DNA of 64,000 nt from Fibrobacteria bacterium (GCA_043745805.1 JAYTSD010000020.1:96001-160000); one strand, 5' to 3'; positions 1-10,034 are shown, numbered from the stretch's first letter. Made by a program: numbers and translations. The notes: generated by a model from the letters alone, not told the origin.

Positions 1-61
1 GTGCTAGTCGCGGGGTTTTTTGTTTTTAAAAAGTTATTTTACTAAGGAAAAAAGGAGAGTC

Positions 62-1810
62 ATGCCAAACAATACAAAAACTCTATTCACTGCCTTGAGC
101 TTAACTTTAAGCTCATCCTTTGGCATAGCCTATGGCCAAACACTCACTTACCCCAATTGTGCTAATCCATTGGTGGCAGGTGATTTCAAAAAAACCATTT
201 TAGTGGATAGAGTAAAGGATCCTACTTTAGAAGAGCCGATTAAAATGGCTATTGCTAATGATGGGCGCGTATTTTTTGTGGAAAGAATTTCGGATGGTAT
301 TGCGGGTGCGCATGTCTCGCCTTTTGCACCAGCCTTTGTAAAACTCTATTCACCTTCAACCGGAGCGGTTACTAAAATCGCGGAATTATCGGTGTCAATT
401 TCCATGAAGGAAATGGGTATCACTGGAATTGCGTTAGATCCTAATTTTGAGTCGAATGGATTTCTCTATCTTTATTTTAGTCCTGCCGATAATGGAAAGC
501 CTACTGATAAAGTCTTTCGCATTTCCCGTTTTAATTTTGATGGGGAGAAAATACAGTTAAGTTCGGAAAAAATCCTCTTGTCCATTCCCATTCAAACCGA
601 TGCTTGTTGTCATACGGGTGGATCAATGCAATTCGATGGAAAAGGTAACCTATGGGTTACGATAGGAAATAACACGGATAATTCCAGTGGCTATTATGTG
701 GTAGAGAATAGCAAAAAAGCTACATCAAGCTTAGATACCTTGCCTATTGGCGATGATCAAGGTCATGCGGCCAACACCAATGATCTGCGCGGTAAAATTT
801 TACGTATACATCCCGAAGCCGATGGTAGCTATTCTATTCCGGATAATAACCTTTTCCCCAAAGAGTTGGCAGGTACGCGCCCTGAAATTTATTCTATGGG
901 ACATCGCAACCCCTATTCTTTATTTGTGGATAAATATCCCAGTTGGCCATTATATGCTTGGGGCGATGTAGGCCCAGATGAAGGGGGATACACGGAAGAG
1001 TTAAATTTGAAAACTAAACCGGGTTTTATGGGTTGGCCTTATTTTTCGGGTAATACGATTACCAATATCGGTTATAAATTTGCCTCCTTTGCCATCGCCT
1101 TAAAGAATGTTCCGGGCCTAGTTGCTGCGGACTATGCCAAAGATCCCTTAAACCCAATAAATAATTCCATCAATAATACTGGCCTTAAAAATTTACCGCC
1201 GACCCAAGATGCAACTTTTGGTTACCCCCGTAGCACAGCAATGACGGGTCCCGTTTATCATTATAATGGCAAATCGACATCGACGATTAAATTTCCACCG
1301 CAATTTAATAAAATGTGGTTTATGGCCGATCATAATAAAACTTGGCTAAAGGTTTCTTCTGTGGATAGTTTGGGTAATGTAAGCGCACAAATTGATATTT
1401 CGACTATCATAAGTTTTGCAGCGGTTGATCATCCCATTGATTTAGAGTTTGGCCCTGACGGCGCACTTTATGTGATTAATTATGCGGGCTATTTTAATTC
1501 CACCGCCAACACTAAAATTATTCGTATTGAATATAATGGGGCATGCGCTGATGTTGATTTATTGCCTCCAAGTTTAGTATCCGGAATTTTTAAAGGGTCA
1601 CATAAACTAATCACTTTAGGTAAAAACAGTCTATTCTCTAACTTACGTGCAGGCTCAAGCATTGACTTACCATCCGAAGCCAAAGGTTTTTCACTTTATA
1701 ATATGCAAGGACAAAAAGTTTGGGAATACCACCGTCAAGATATTATTCAAAAAAAGGTTATTGTACCTGAAGCGGTGCAAAAAGGGGTTTTGCAAGTTAT
1801 GCTTTTATAA
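62..1810 (+). CDS. Secreted PQQ-dependent sugar dehydrogenase (glucose/sorbosone dehydrogenase beta-propeller) with a T9SS-like C-terminal tail
   Basis: ATG at 62 after AGGAG, then a signal peptide. Motifs CCHTGG, DLRGKILRIHP, EIYSMGHRNPY, PIDLEFGPDGALY; tail SLYNMQGQKV. Confidence 0.8.
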   Translation: MPNNTKTLFTALSLTLSSSFGIAYGQTLTYPNCANPLVAGDFKKTILVDRVKDPTLEEPIKMAIANDGRVFFVERISDGIAGAHVSPFAPAFVKLYSPSTGAVTKIAELSVSISMKEMGITGIALDPNFESNGFLYLYFSPADNGKPTDKVFRISRFNFDGEKIQLSSEKILLSIPIQTDACCHTGGSMQFDGKGNLWVTIGNNTDNSSGYYVVENSKKATSSLDTLPIGDDQGHAANTNDLRGKILRIHPEADGSYSIPDNNLFPKELAGTRPEIYSMGHRNPYSLFVDKYPSWPLYAWGDVGPDEGGYTEELNLKTKPGFMGWPYFSGNTITNIGYKFASFAIALKNVPGLVAADYAKDPLNPINNSINNTGLKNLPPTQDATFGYPRSTAMTGPVYHYNGKSTSTIKFPPQFNKMWFMADHNKTWLKVSSVDSLGNVSAQIDISTIISFAAVDHPIDLEFGPDGALYVINYAGYFNSTANTKIIRIEYNGACADVDLLPPSLVSGIFKGSHKLITLGKNSLFSNLRAGSSIDLPSEAKGFSLYNMQGQKVWEYHRQDIIQKKVIVPEAVQKGVLQVMLL

Positions 1811-1838
1811 TAAGTCATATAAATGCTAAAATAACCTC

Positions 1839-2528
1839 ATGCAAATTTCCATAGTTATCCCTGTTTATAATGAAGCGAAAACTGTTCTCGATGTTTACGC
1901 TTCTATTCGCATTACTGCTATCGCCAACGAAATCATTTTTGTGAATGATGGTAGCACCGACGAGAGCGCAAATCTGCTAAATAGCATTATAAATCAATTA
2001 GGTGTAAAAATTATTCATCAGCCGTTTAATAAAGGCAAAGGAGCCGCTTTGCGTGAAGGGATTGCTGCCGCGAGTGGTGAGGTGATTTTAATTCAGGATG
2101 CGGATTTGGAATATGATCCTGCGGATTATCCCACTTTGTTAAAACCTATTTTAGATGGCAAGGCGGACGTGGTTTATGGATCACGCTTTACGGGCGATGT
2201 GCGCCGCATTCAATTTTTTTGGCATGCTTTAGGTAATAAAATGTTGACTTTGTTTTCTAATGTGTTCACCAATCTTAATTTATCGGATATGGAAACTTGT
2301 TATAAAGTTTTTACTAAAGAAGCTTTTGCAGGAATTCAAATTGAAGAAGCGCGTTTTGGTTTTGAACCAGAAATTACCGCGAAGCTCGCACGAAAAAATT
2401 TACGCATTTATGAAGTGCCGATTTCATACCATGGACGCAGTTATGCCGAAGGCAAAAAGATCCGCTTGCGTGATGGCTTGCGAGCGATTTGGGTTATTCT
2501 TAAATATGGAATATGGAAACGAGAATGA
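1839..2528 (+). CDS. Glycosyltransferase family 2 (DPM1-like)
   Basis: Motifs [48 protein letters not shown]. Confidence 0.92.
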   Translation: MQISIVIPVYNEAKTVLDVYASIRITAIANEIIFVNDGSTDESANLLNSIINQLGVKIIHQPFNKGKGAALREGIAAASGEVILIQDADLEYDPADYPTLLKPILDGKADVVYGSRFTGDVRRIQFFWHALGNKMLTLFSNVFTNLNLSDMETCYKVFTKEAFAGIQIEEARFGFEPEITAKLARKNLRIYEVPISYHGRSYAEGKKIRLRDGLRAIWVILKYGIWKRE

Positions 2529-2572
2529 TCGATAAATCCATTTTAAAATGGCTACCGAAAAGACCAAAAATA

Positions 2573-2600
2573 GTAGGGGTTGAAAATCTTCAACCCCTAC
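2573..2600. repeat. GTAG-type REP palindrome
   Basis: GTAGGGGTTGAAAATCTTCAACCCCTAC hairpin, near-identical to the copies at 2761, 37091 and 37717. Confidence 0.85.
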
Positions 2601-2760
2601 TATTTCAAATTGTCCTTTTATTTGGAATGGCAATATTCCTTTTGTTCAAAGGAAAATGGAAATGGTCGCGATTATTTTTAGGCGGAATAATTTCTTTGTT
2701 ATATGATATGAAAAATCGCCGCCTTTATGAAAAGGTTTTGCAAGGAATCAAATCAAAAAT

Positions 2761-2788
2761 GTAGGGGTTGACGATTTTCAACCCCTAC
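2761..2788. repeat. GTAG-type REP palindrome
   Basis: GTAGGGGTTGACGATTTTCAACCCCTAC, just beyond the ppc stop codon. Confidence 0.85.
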
Positions 2789-2792
2789 AAAC

Positions 2793-5495
2793 CTACGCTG
2801 AATTTCGACTCGCATTGATATTCGCCGCCATCGCCTTCACCACCATTTTAGTATAAATCTCTAAAGCTTCTTGAGAAGATTCTTCTGGTTTTACGCGCAA
2901 TTGCTTTACGCGATTCATGGCATATTGTTGAATCACCAATAAAGGCAAAATTAATTTTTCACGGATGTAAATACTTTCCCTCACGGGTAATGCTGTCTCT
3001 AATAATTTATGTTGGCCGGTAATTTCTTTTAATAAATCTTTAGCTTGCGTTGCCTCGGAATAAATGAGCTTCCAAAATTTTCCAAAACGCTTGTCTTTAG
3101 CCAAGTATTGAGTGAGCGCGAAATTCGATTTACTTAAACTCATCATGGCATTTTCCACCAAGGTGTGAAAAAATAAAGAGTTCTTATATAAGTCTTTTAA
3201 TTCCGTTTTGCGGCCTTGGGCTATAAGCTTTGCGAGGGCAATACCAAAGCCATAAAAGCCTGGAATATTCTGTTTCATTTGGCTCCATGCCCCTACAAAA
3301 GGTATAGCGCGTAAATCTTCAAAGCGTAAAGCTTCACTTTGTTTACGGCGCGTGGGGCGACTCGCAATATTCAATAAATTATAATAGCCGAGTGGTGTGA
3401 TTTCTTCGAGATACGGAATAAATAATTCATGCTGTTTAAACTTGGTATAAGCATCGGCACTAATAGCAGATAATTGATCGAGGAGCTGTACATTTTCAGG
3501 AGTTAACTCTTCGGCTTCCTCGGGAAATAAAGTGCATTCTAATCCAGAAGTAAATAATTGTTCCACATTATAACGTGCGGCTTGAGGCGTGCCATAACTG
3601 GACGTAATGGTTTGTCCCTGTACGGTAAGTTGAATTTCATTATGTTCAATACTTTTACCGAGTGAACGATAAAATTTATGCGTGTTACCTCCCCCGCGTG
3701 AAGGCGGTCCGCCGCGACCATCAAAGAAAATAACTTGCACACCATGTGCCCGCGATATTTGTGTGAGGCGTTGTTTGGCTTTGTAAATAGCCCAGTTGGC
3801 GGTGATATAGCCGCCATCTTTAGTACCATCGGAAAAGCCTAACATAATGGTTTGCTTAGATCCGCGACGACTTAAATGTTTTAGATAAAATTTATGCCGA
3901 TATAAGGTTTCCATAATGAGTTCAGCATTTTTTAAATCTTCAATAGTTTCAAAGAGCGGCACAATATCCAAATCGAGTCGATTAACTTTCATACTGGCAA
4001 AAGAGGCAAGCGCCATTACTTCCAAAATGTTTGCTGCGGAATGGCTTTGACTAATGACATAGCGATTAAGCCCTCTTTCGCCATTGGATTTTTGAATAGC
4101 TTTTACAGCGGTAAAGGACGCTAACGTATCTTCCAACAAAGCATCCAAGTGTTTATGTTGTACCGCAAATTGAGGATTGGGTAGAGCCAACCATTTTTCC
4201 AACGCTAATAGTCGATTTTCCTCACTTAAGTTACCGTAACGTCTAAGTTCTATGGCTAATTCTTCGGGAATACCTTTTTTGAAATCGAGATATTGGAAAA
4301 TTTGGGCTAAGGTTTGCGCGTGGATGCGGCTGTCTTGGCGTAAATCAATGGAGGCAAAATGGAAACCGAACACTTGCACTTTGCTAATGAATAAATCCAG
4401 CCATTCGGTAAATAAGCCTTGATGATTTTTTGATAAATCTTCGCGTAAACCCTGCAGGTCTTTTAGAAGTTGCTCCGCAGTTATATAAGGCATGGCTTTG
4501 CCTAGCCGAGTAGTTTTTTCGGAGCCGGCATTTCTTAAGTTGCGAATGGCTTTTTCTTCAATTTGCGGTGCTTGCGTTTCTTTTAAACGTGCAGCAATGA
4601 CCACTAATTTTTCACTAATACCGTCAAAAGTGAGCCTTCTTTGTAAGGCCTCAATATCTTTGAGATATAAAGCGAATAAACTTTGACGTAACAGTTGACC
4701 CACTTGCAGGGTGATTTCTGTAGTAACAAAGGGATTACCGTCTCTATCGCCACCCGGCCAAAACCCTAATTCAATACAAGGATCGAGCGAAGCGGTGGGT
4801 TGTTGATTATCGGCTTTTATAGCCACGGCCGCCGCTAAGCGGGCTTGCAAATTAGGTAAAGTGGGATAGAATACATTTTCCAAATACCAAAGCAAACTCT
4901 TGGCTTCATCTAATGGCGTAGGTTTGGCTCGGTTTTGAAAGCGAGTTTTACCGGTTTGCAAAAGTAAATTACGAATATCGTTTAAGTGATTGCCTTGAAT
5001 GGCTTCACTCAAATCAGTAAGTATGCTAAGAATAGATCCGGGATAAAATTGCGTAGGATGAGCAGTTAATACAATTCGGGTACGGTAATGCGCAAGTTCC
5101 TTAGCTAAATTTTCTCGGCCTTGATTATCCTGTGTGCGTCCCAATAAATGGGTTAAAGTGCCAGGACCATCCATGGCATTGAGTTCTTCAAAGGCGGCAT
5201 CTTCCAAGGCATCGAAGAGTACCACTTGCCTTTCCACCAATTGCAAAAACTTGAATAATCTTTTGAGTTGATTTTCAAAATTCATTTTACGTGGCAGCTC
5301 TTTAAAATATTCTTGTACAATATCATAAGGAGATTTACCCGCCGCTAATTTTTCCGCGCAGGCTTTGGCAAATAAAGGCAATTGCACGCCCGTATCTTCA
5401 ATATCTTCAAAAGGCAAACCTAAAAACAGCCCATTATAAAGCTGATATTTCATTGCCACTAATTCGCGAAAAGCCTGCAAAGGTCCGGTAGTCAT
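2793..5495 (-). CDS. ppc: Phosphoenolpyruvate carboxylase
   Basis: Motifs VLTAHPTQ, GGDRDGNP, MLGFSDGTKDGG, GRGGPPSRGGG, LRAIPF and C-terminal RNSA. Confidence 0.96.
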   Translation of the reverse strand: MTTGPLQAFRELVAMKYQLYNGLFLGLPFEDIEDTGVQLPLFAKACAEKLAAGKSPYDIVQEYFKELPRKMNFENQLKRLFKFLQLVERQVVLFDALEDAAFEELNAMDGPGTLTHLLGRTQDNQGRENLAKELAHYRTRIVLTAHPTQFYPGSILSILTDLSEAIQGNHLNDIRNLLLQTGKTRFQNRAKPTPLDEAKSLLWYLENVFYPTLPNLQARLAAAVAIKADNQQPTASLDPCIELGFWPGGDRDGNPFVTTEITLQVGQLLRQSLFALYLKDIEALQRRLTFDGISEKLVVIAARLKETQAPQIEEKAIRNLRNAGSEKTTRLGKAMPYITAEQLLKDLQGLREDLSKNHQGLFTEWLDLFISKVQVFGFHFASIDLRQDSRIHAQTLAQIFQYLDFKKGIPEELAIELRRYGNLSEENRLLALEKWLALPNPQFAVQHKHLDALLEDTLASFTAVKAIQKSNGERGLNRYVISQSHSAANILEVMALASFASMKVNRLDLDIVPLFETIEDLKNAELIMETLYRHKFYLKHLSRRGSKQTIMLGFSDGTKDGGYITANWAIYKAKQRLTQISRAHGVQVIFFDGRGGPPSRGGGNTHKFYRSLGKSIEHNEIQLTVQGQTITSSYGTPQAARYNVEQLFTSGLECTLFPEEAEELTPENVQLLDQLSAISADAYTKFKQHELFIPYLEEITPLGYYNLLNIASRPTRRKQSEALRFEDLRAIPFVGAWSQMKQNIPGFYGFGIALAKLIAQGRKTELKDLYKNSLFFHTLVENAMMSLSKSNFALTQYLAKDKRFGKFWKLIYSEATQAKDLLKEITGQHKLLETALPVRESIYIREKLILPLLVIQQYAMNRVKQLRVKPEESSQEALEIYTKMVVKAMAANINASRNSA

Positions 5496-6277
5496 GACAT
5501 ACTCTTTTCTGAAGTAGGTTTATAAGGTTTTGGTTTGACGCCTAGCAATACGCCTTCACGTCGCATTTGCTTAAAACGTTCGCGATAAATCTTTTCTAAT
5601 TCTGGATTTCCCGTTAAAGGCAAAATCAACTCATGACTTTCCGCTTCGTTAAATTGCGAATGAATAATTTCATAACCTTGTCCAAATATCCAATTGAAGA
5701 GTAACGCGGCTTCAGGATTAGGATTTTGGGAATCTGTTTTGCTTTGGTTACTTTGCTTGCTTTGTAAAGACAGGGTAACCTGTAGGTTAAAGTCTCCGGG
5801 TTGCACATCGTATTGATCATCTACCCAATAACCTTTTCCATTAATTGTAAGCTCGGGATAATCTTCGGACTTAATATTATCGGGAAAAAATTCCGCATAG
5901 GCTAAAGTGTAACCTTGATTCGCCATGGTAATGGCTTGGGAAAAACGTGCGAATTTACAGCGTTCATGTCGCTTATTTCTTTCGGATTCCGGTAAGGTTA
6001 GCATATAGTTTTCAAAGCCGGCTTCAAATTCGGGTTCGGGTAAATTTTGGCCTTTGCCGGATAATACACTCCAGCTGGTTAAATCCATCCATACCATAGG
6101 ATGCTGCGCAAAAGCGGGATCGGCGCTAAAAAATTCAAAGACGGCAAAAGCCCCAGCTTGTTTACTGTCAATGTCATAATGTTCTACGACACCGAATTCA
6201 CGACCTAAATAATCTCTTAATAAAAACTGCGGCTTACGGGTTTCCCCAACGATTTGAAAGTATGGCTGAAATCTCAT
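5492..6277 (-). CDS. Hypothetical protein
   Basis: 261-aa ORF whose stop overlaps the ppc start (ATGA coupling). Confidence 0.7.
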   Translation of the reverse strand: MRFQPYFQIVGETRKPQFLLRDYLGREFGVVEHYDIDSKQAGAFAVFEFFSADPAFAQHPMVWMDLTSWSVLSGKGQNLPEPEFEAGFENYMLTLPESERNKRHERCKFARFSQAITMANQGYTLAYAEFFPDNIKSEDYPELTINGKGYWVDDQYDVQPGDFNLQVTLSLQSKQSNQSKTDSQNPNPEAALLFNWIFGQGYEIIHSQFNEAESHELILPLTGNPELEKIYRERFKQMRREGVLLGVKPKPYKPTSEKSMS

Positions 6278-6438
6278 AGTGCAAAGATATTAAAACACGC
6301 GCAAGCCTTGGCCTACCTAGAACGCTCATTCTTCGTAAACTTTTAAAAGCTTGAGAAAATTTTAATTTGTGCCTTTGTATTACCCACTAAAACCGCCTTA
6401 TCTCACGCGAAAAACACTTGCCTTATTATCTTTCGTTT

Positions 6439-6918
6439 ATGTTCTCTTCTTTAGAAAATTATATTTCGGATTATTGTGCCTCTGAGCATTTTATGTTTTT
6501 GGATGCGCCATTAAAAGAACAAGCGGAATCCTTACTAAATCATTTTTTACAAAAGGCCGAAGCAGAAGGCAAAGCGCATGGCGGCGCGGATAGTTTAAAA
6601 GCGGCTCAGGTGGAAAAAATTCTCATGGAAGAATTTCCCAAGCTGCAATTAGACCTAGCGGTAAAAAAAGGTTTGCCAGATTTATTCATTGCTTTTTTTG
6701 GTTATCTGCGTGATACGGGACGCTTTCCACCTGCTTCGGCTTGGCAATTTTGTGCGGAAACCATTAAGCCCAAATTCTTAAATCGTTTGCGTGAGGATGG
6801 TTCGGTACGTGGTAACACTTTCAAAAAACAATATACCGATGTGGGCCGCAATGATCCTTGCCCTTGTGGTAGCGGACAAAAGTTTAAAAAGTGCTGCATG
6901 CCTTTAATCAGTGGCTAG
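6439..6918 (+). CDS. SEC-C motif (metal-binding) protein
   Basis: C-terminal GRNDPCPCGSGQKFKKCC. ATG 6439 preferred over TTG 6418. Confidence 0.85.
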   Translation: MFSSLENYISDYCASEHFMFLDAPLKEQAESLLNHFLQKAEAEGKAHGGADSLKAAQVEKILMEEFPKLQLDLAVKKGLPDLFIAFFGYLRDTGRFPPASAWQFCAETIKPKFLNRLREDGSVRGNTFKKQYTDVGRNDPCPCGSGQKFKKCCMPLISG

Positions 6919-7009
6919 TATAAGGTTGACGGCAGGCTTAACAGCTGTATACGCGCTACTGTTGGCCTTTTCCTCCCAAAAGATTACCTTTATCCACCTA
7001 TTGAAATAC

Positions 7010-7093
7010 GCCTAGGTGGTGAAATTGGTAGACACGCAAGATTCAGGTTCTTGTGACCGCAAGGTTATAGGAGTTCAAGTCTCCTCCTGGGCA
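7010..7093 (+). tRNA. tRNA-Leu (anticodon CAG), CCA not encoded
   Basis: Acceptor stem GCCTAGG/CCTGGGC plus A; D-arm GTGAAATTGGTAGACAC; anticodon arm CAAGA-TTCAGGT-TCTTG; long variable arm; T-loop GTTCAAGT. Confidence 0.95.
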
Positions 7094-7106
7094 TTTCAAT
7101 AAAAAG

Positions 7107-8267
7107 TTAATCCTTAACTATTCGGGCAAGTTCAGTTATGGGCAAAGCAAAAGTGTGTTTTTGCACGGGATAATATTCTTTTCCGGGATAAACCACATAG
7201 CCGCGACGACAAGCTAAATCAGTCATTCCTTCCCAAAACCCGCGTGATAATTTCGGCTCGAGGGAATATTTAATTTCGATGGCGATGGGGGCTTTATTCG
7301 GTGGAAATAAAACCAAATCAATTTCGGCTCCACCGCTGGTGCGATAGTAAAAGGCTTGCCAGCCTGTGGGTAAAGCAGCGATGATTTGCTCTACTACAAA
7401 TCCTTCGAATACGCTCCCTAAAGCGGGATGCCCTAATAATTCATCACGTGAATGAATTTGTAATAAGGTTAAGAGTAGTCCGCTATCGCGTACATAAATT
7501 TTAGGCGATTTGATCACACGTTTTTTCACATTGGCAAAATAAGAGGAAAGTGTACGCGTCAAAAAAGTGTCTTGTAAAATATCAATATAATGACTCACCG
7601 TAGGAGCGGAAACACCCAAGCTACCTGCAATTTTGCTGGCATTCCAAATTTGTCCATGGGCATGAGCGAGCATTTGCCAAAAGCGCCTTAGTTGCTGGGC
7701 TGGAACTCGAATTCCTAATTGCGGGACATCCTTTTCCAGATAGGTGGTAATAAATGCTTCTCGCCAAGCAAAACTTTGCAAGTCATTTTTGGCTAAAAAA
7801 CTATCGGGATAACCGCCCCGTAACATAAGGCGATTTAAATCCTTATCTTGAGTGCCTATTTCACTCAGTAAAAACGGGGTTAATTCATGATAAACGATGC
7901 GTCCAGCAAGGCTTTCGGAAGCTTGGCGTTTTAATTCGGGGGCCGCAGAACCTAAAAGTAAAAACCGGCCTTTGCGCCTATCCTTGTCGATAAGGGCGCG
8001 TAATAAAGGAAACAATTCTGGTTTGCGTTGCATCTCGTCGATAATGATGACATGCTGGCGATAATGATCGAGATAAAGTTCCGGTTCTTTGAGTTTGGCT
8101 AAATCGGAAGGTAACTCCAAATCTAAATAGAGTGCCGACTTGGAAAGGCCGCGCACTAAGGATTTTGCAAGAGTGGTTTTTCCGGTTTGCCTTGATCCCA
8201 ATAGACCTACCGCAGGGAAATTTTTGAGCGAAGTGCTAATTTGGGATTTGAGTTGACGTTCTAACAT
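7107..8267 (-). CDS. AAA+ ATPase (AAA_14) with DUF4143 C-terminal domain
   Basis: Walker A GSRQTGKTT, Walker B IIIDEMQ, ESLAGR, RGGYP, KSPKIYVRDSG and nuclease-like EIDLV...AIEIK. Confidence 0.9.
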   Translation of the reverse strand: MLERQLKSQISTSLKNFPAVGLLGSRQTGKTTLAKSLVRGLSKSALYLDLELPSDLAKLKEPELYLDHYRQHVIIIDEMQRKPELFPLLRALIDKDRRKGRFLLLGSAAPELKRQASESLAGRIVYHELTPFLLSEIGTQDKDLNRLMLRGGYPDSFLAKNDLQSFAWREAFITTYLEKDVPQLGIRVPAQQLRRFWQMLAHAHGQIWNASKIAGSLGVSAPTVSHYIDILQDTFLTRTLSSYFANVKKRVIKSPKIYVRDSGLLLTLLQIHSRDELLGHPALGSVFEGFVVEQIIAALPTGWQAFYYRTSGGAEIDLVLFPPNKAPIAIEIKYSLEPKLSRGFWEGMTDLACRRGYVVYPGKEYYPVQKHTFALPITELARIVKD

Positions 8268-8306
8268 CCTTGTAAATTAAATGATAAGCTTTTAATTTAC
8301 AAGGAT
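8266..8306. promoter_or_regulatory. Palindromic operator-like site 1, overlapping the AAA+/DUF4143 start codon
   Basis: Perfect 16-bp inverted repeat ATCCTTGTAAATTAAA-N9-TTTAATTTACAAGGAT. Confidence 0.6.
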
Positions 8307-8362
8307 CAAGAGCAAATATTTTTATTACTCCAGAGAGACGCAAAGCTAAAGGCTTATAAAAG

Positions 8363-8407
8363 TTATGTATGTAAATTAAAAGATAATCTTTCGATTTACA
8401 TACATAA
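8363..8407. promoter_or_regulatory. Palindromic operator-like site 2
   Basis: TTATGTATGTAAAT-N17-ATTTACATACATAA; its 31-bp core is 27/31 identical to site 1. Confidence 0.55.
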
Positions 8408-8535
8408 ATGACACCCCTTCTTTGGGGACATTTAAGGAAGTAAGGCAGGAATCAAGCGGGGAAAATATTGAAAAGTATTCCGAAAGGTCACTTCATGCCT
8501 TGTAACCCTCGGTAAACTCTTTTACAATTTCCTTC

Positions 8536-9975
8536 ATGAATAAAAAGCCTAAGTCCAGCCAATCTCAGTCAGCTTCAGCGAGTAAGCTTAACCCGAAAAC
8601 CCCAAAGCCGGTTAAAATGTGGGCCGGTCGTTTTGACACGGGCATGGCGAATTCTATGGAAAAGCTTTCTATAAGCTTGTCATTTGATCGCAAATTATTT
8701 CGCGAGGATATTGCCGGAAGTATTGCGCATGCTTATGGATTGCAAGCCGCGGGAGTGCTTACGGCTGCGGAATTAAAAGCGATGGAAAAAGGTTTGCGCG
8801 AAGTGGAAAGCGATTTGGCTGCCGGTAAAGATTTATTTCAACCTAATGACGAAGATATTCATATGGCCATTGAGCGCATACTGAGCGAGCGTATTGGCGA
8901 TTTAGGAAAAAAATTACATACGGGCCGTAGCCGCAATGATCAAGTGATAACCGATGTGAAATTATATATTCGCGGACAGGCAAAGAATACCATTGAAAAA
9001 ATCAAAGTATTACAAAGCGCATTGTATTTTAAAGCGCAGGAATATACTAAGGCGATTATGCCCGGCTATACGCATGTGCAACAGGCTCAGCCCATTTATA
9101 TTTCTCATTATTTACTGTCTTTTTTTTGGGCTTTAGAAAGAGATAAAGCGCGCTTAATCCATGTGCAAAAAAGTGCAGGGCAAATGCCTTTAGGTTCGGG
9201 AGCTCTAGCAGGATCGGCTTTTCCTTATGAGCGTGCTTTTGTGGCGAAAAAATTAGGCTTTCCCGATTTATCTCCCAATAGTTTAGATGCGACGGCGCAT
9301 CGTGATTTTTCTTTAGAGTTCTTAAATGCGCTAGGAACTATTGGCGTATTGCTTAGCCGTTATGCCGAAGATTTTGTGTTATGGAGCACGCAAGAATATA
9401 ATTACATTGAGCTGGGAGAAGCCTATACCACCGGCTCCAGCATGATGCCTCAGAAAAAAAATCCCGACTCGATGGAATTAATTCGTGGCAAAGCAGGGCG
9501 CTTATTAGGAAATTACACGCGCTTGTTTACTACGCTCAAAGGCTTGCCTATGGCTTATGATAGAGATTTGCAAGAAGATAAAGAACCTTTATTTGATTCG
9601 GTGGAAACGATAGATATTTGTTTAGAGGTGATGGCCGAAGCCATAGCCTCGGTAAAATTTAAAACCGAAATCATTGCAAGTAAAATGCATCCGGGTATGT
9701 TAACGACAGATTTGGCGGATTATTTAGTGGAAAAAAATATTCCTTTTCGTGATGCTCATCACATCGTGGGGGCTTTGGTGAAACAGGCCGAATTAAAAGG
9801 GTGCTCTTTCTTGGAATTATCCGCAGCGGATTGGAAACACATTCCAGAGGGCGAAAAATTTCGTAAGCAATTGACTTTTGCTTATTCTGCGGAGAGACGT
9901 AACATTGAAGGTGGAACAGGTAGTGCTTCTGTGAAGCGGCAATTTGCTCAAGCCAAAAAAATCCTCGCTTTATAA
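8536..9975 (+). CDS. argH: Argininosuccinate lyase
   Basis: Motifs MWAGRF, EDIHMAIE, LHTGRSRNDQV, MPGYTH, TGSSMMPQKKNPD, DLQEDKE. Confidence 0.97.
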   Translation: MNKKPKSSQSQSASASKLNPKTPKPVKMWAGRFDTGMANSMEKLSISLSFDRKLFREDIAGSIAHAYGLQAAGVLTAAELKAMEKGLREVESDLAAGKDLFQPNDEDIHMAIERILSERIGDLGKKLHTGRSRNDQVITDVKLYIRGQAKNTIEKIKVLQSALYFKAQEYTKAIMPGYTHVQQAQPIYISHYLLSFFWALERDKARLIHVQKSAGQMPLGSGALAGSAFPYERAFVAKKLGFPDLSPNSLDATAHRDFSLEFLNALGTIGVLLSRYAEDFVLWSTQEYNYIELGEAYTTGSSMMPQKKNPDSMELIRGKAGRLLGNYTRLFTTLKGLPMAYDRDLQEDKEPLFDSVETIDICLEVMAEAIASVKFKTEIIASKMHPGMLTTDLADYLVEKNIPFRDAHHIVGALVKQAELKGCSFLELSAADWKHIPEGEKFRKQLTFAYSAERRNIEGGTGSASVKRQFAQAKKILAL

Positions 9976-10034
9976 ACGTGAAAAATTTAAGGCGTTTTAC
10001 AAACGCATAAACCTTTAATGGATTCGATATTGCA

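Noticed and set aside
2424-2764. ORFs 2513..2764 (+) and 2424..2633 (-)
   Set aside because: They read through REP DNA (VGVENLQPL, VGVEDFQPL) between convergent genes and are most likely incidental.
8308-8372. GACGCAAAGCTAAAGG resembles the core of a c-di-GMP-I (GEMM) riboswitch
   Set aside because: The upstream GNRA-capped stem and downstream pairing strand cannot be formed, and the segment runs into the second palindrome. An Infernal scan would settle it.
7010-8500. Prophage or integrative element at tRNA-Leu
   Set aside because: No integrase and no duplicated tRNA 3' end were found in the window.
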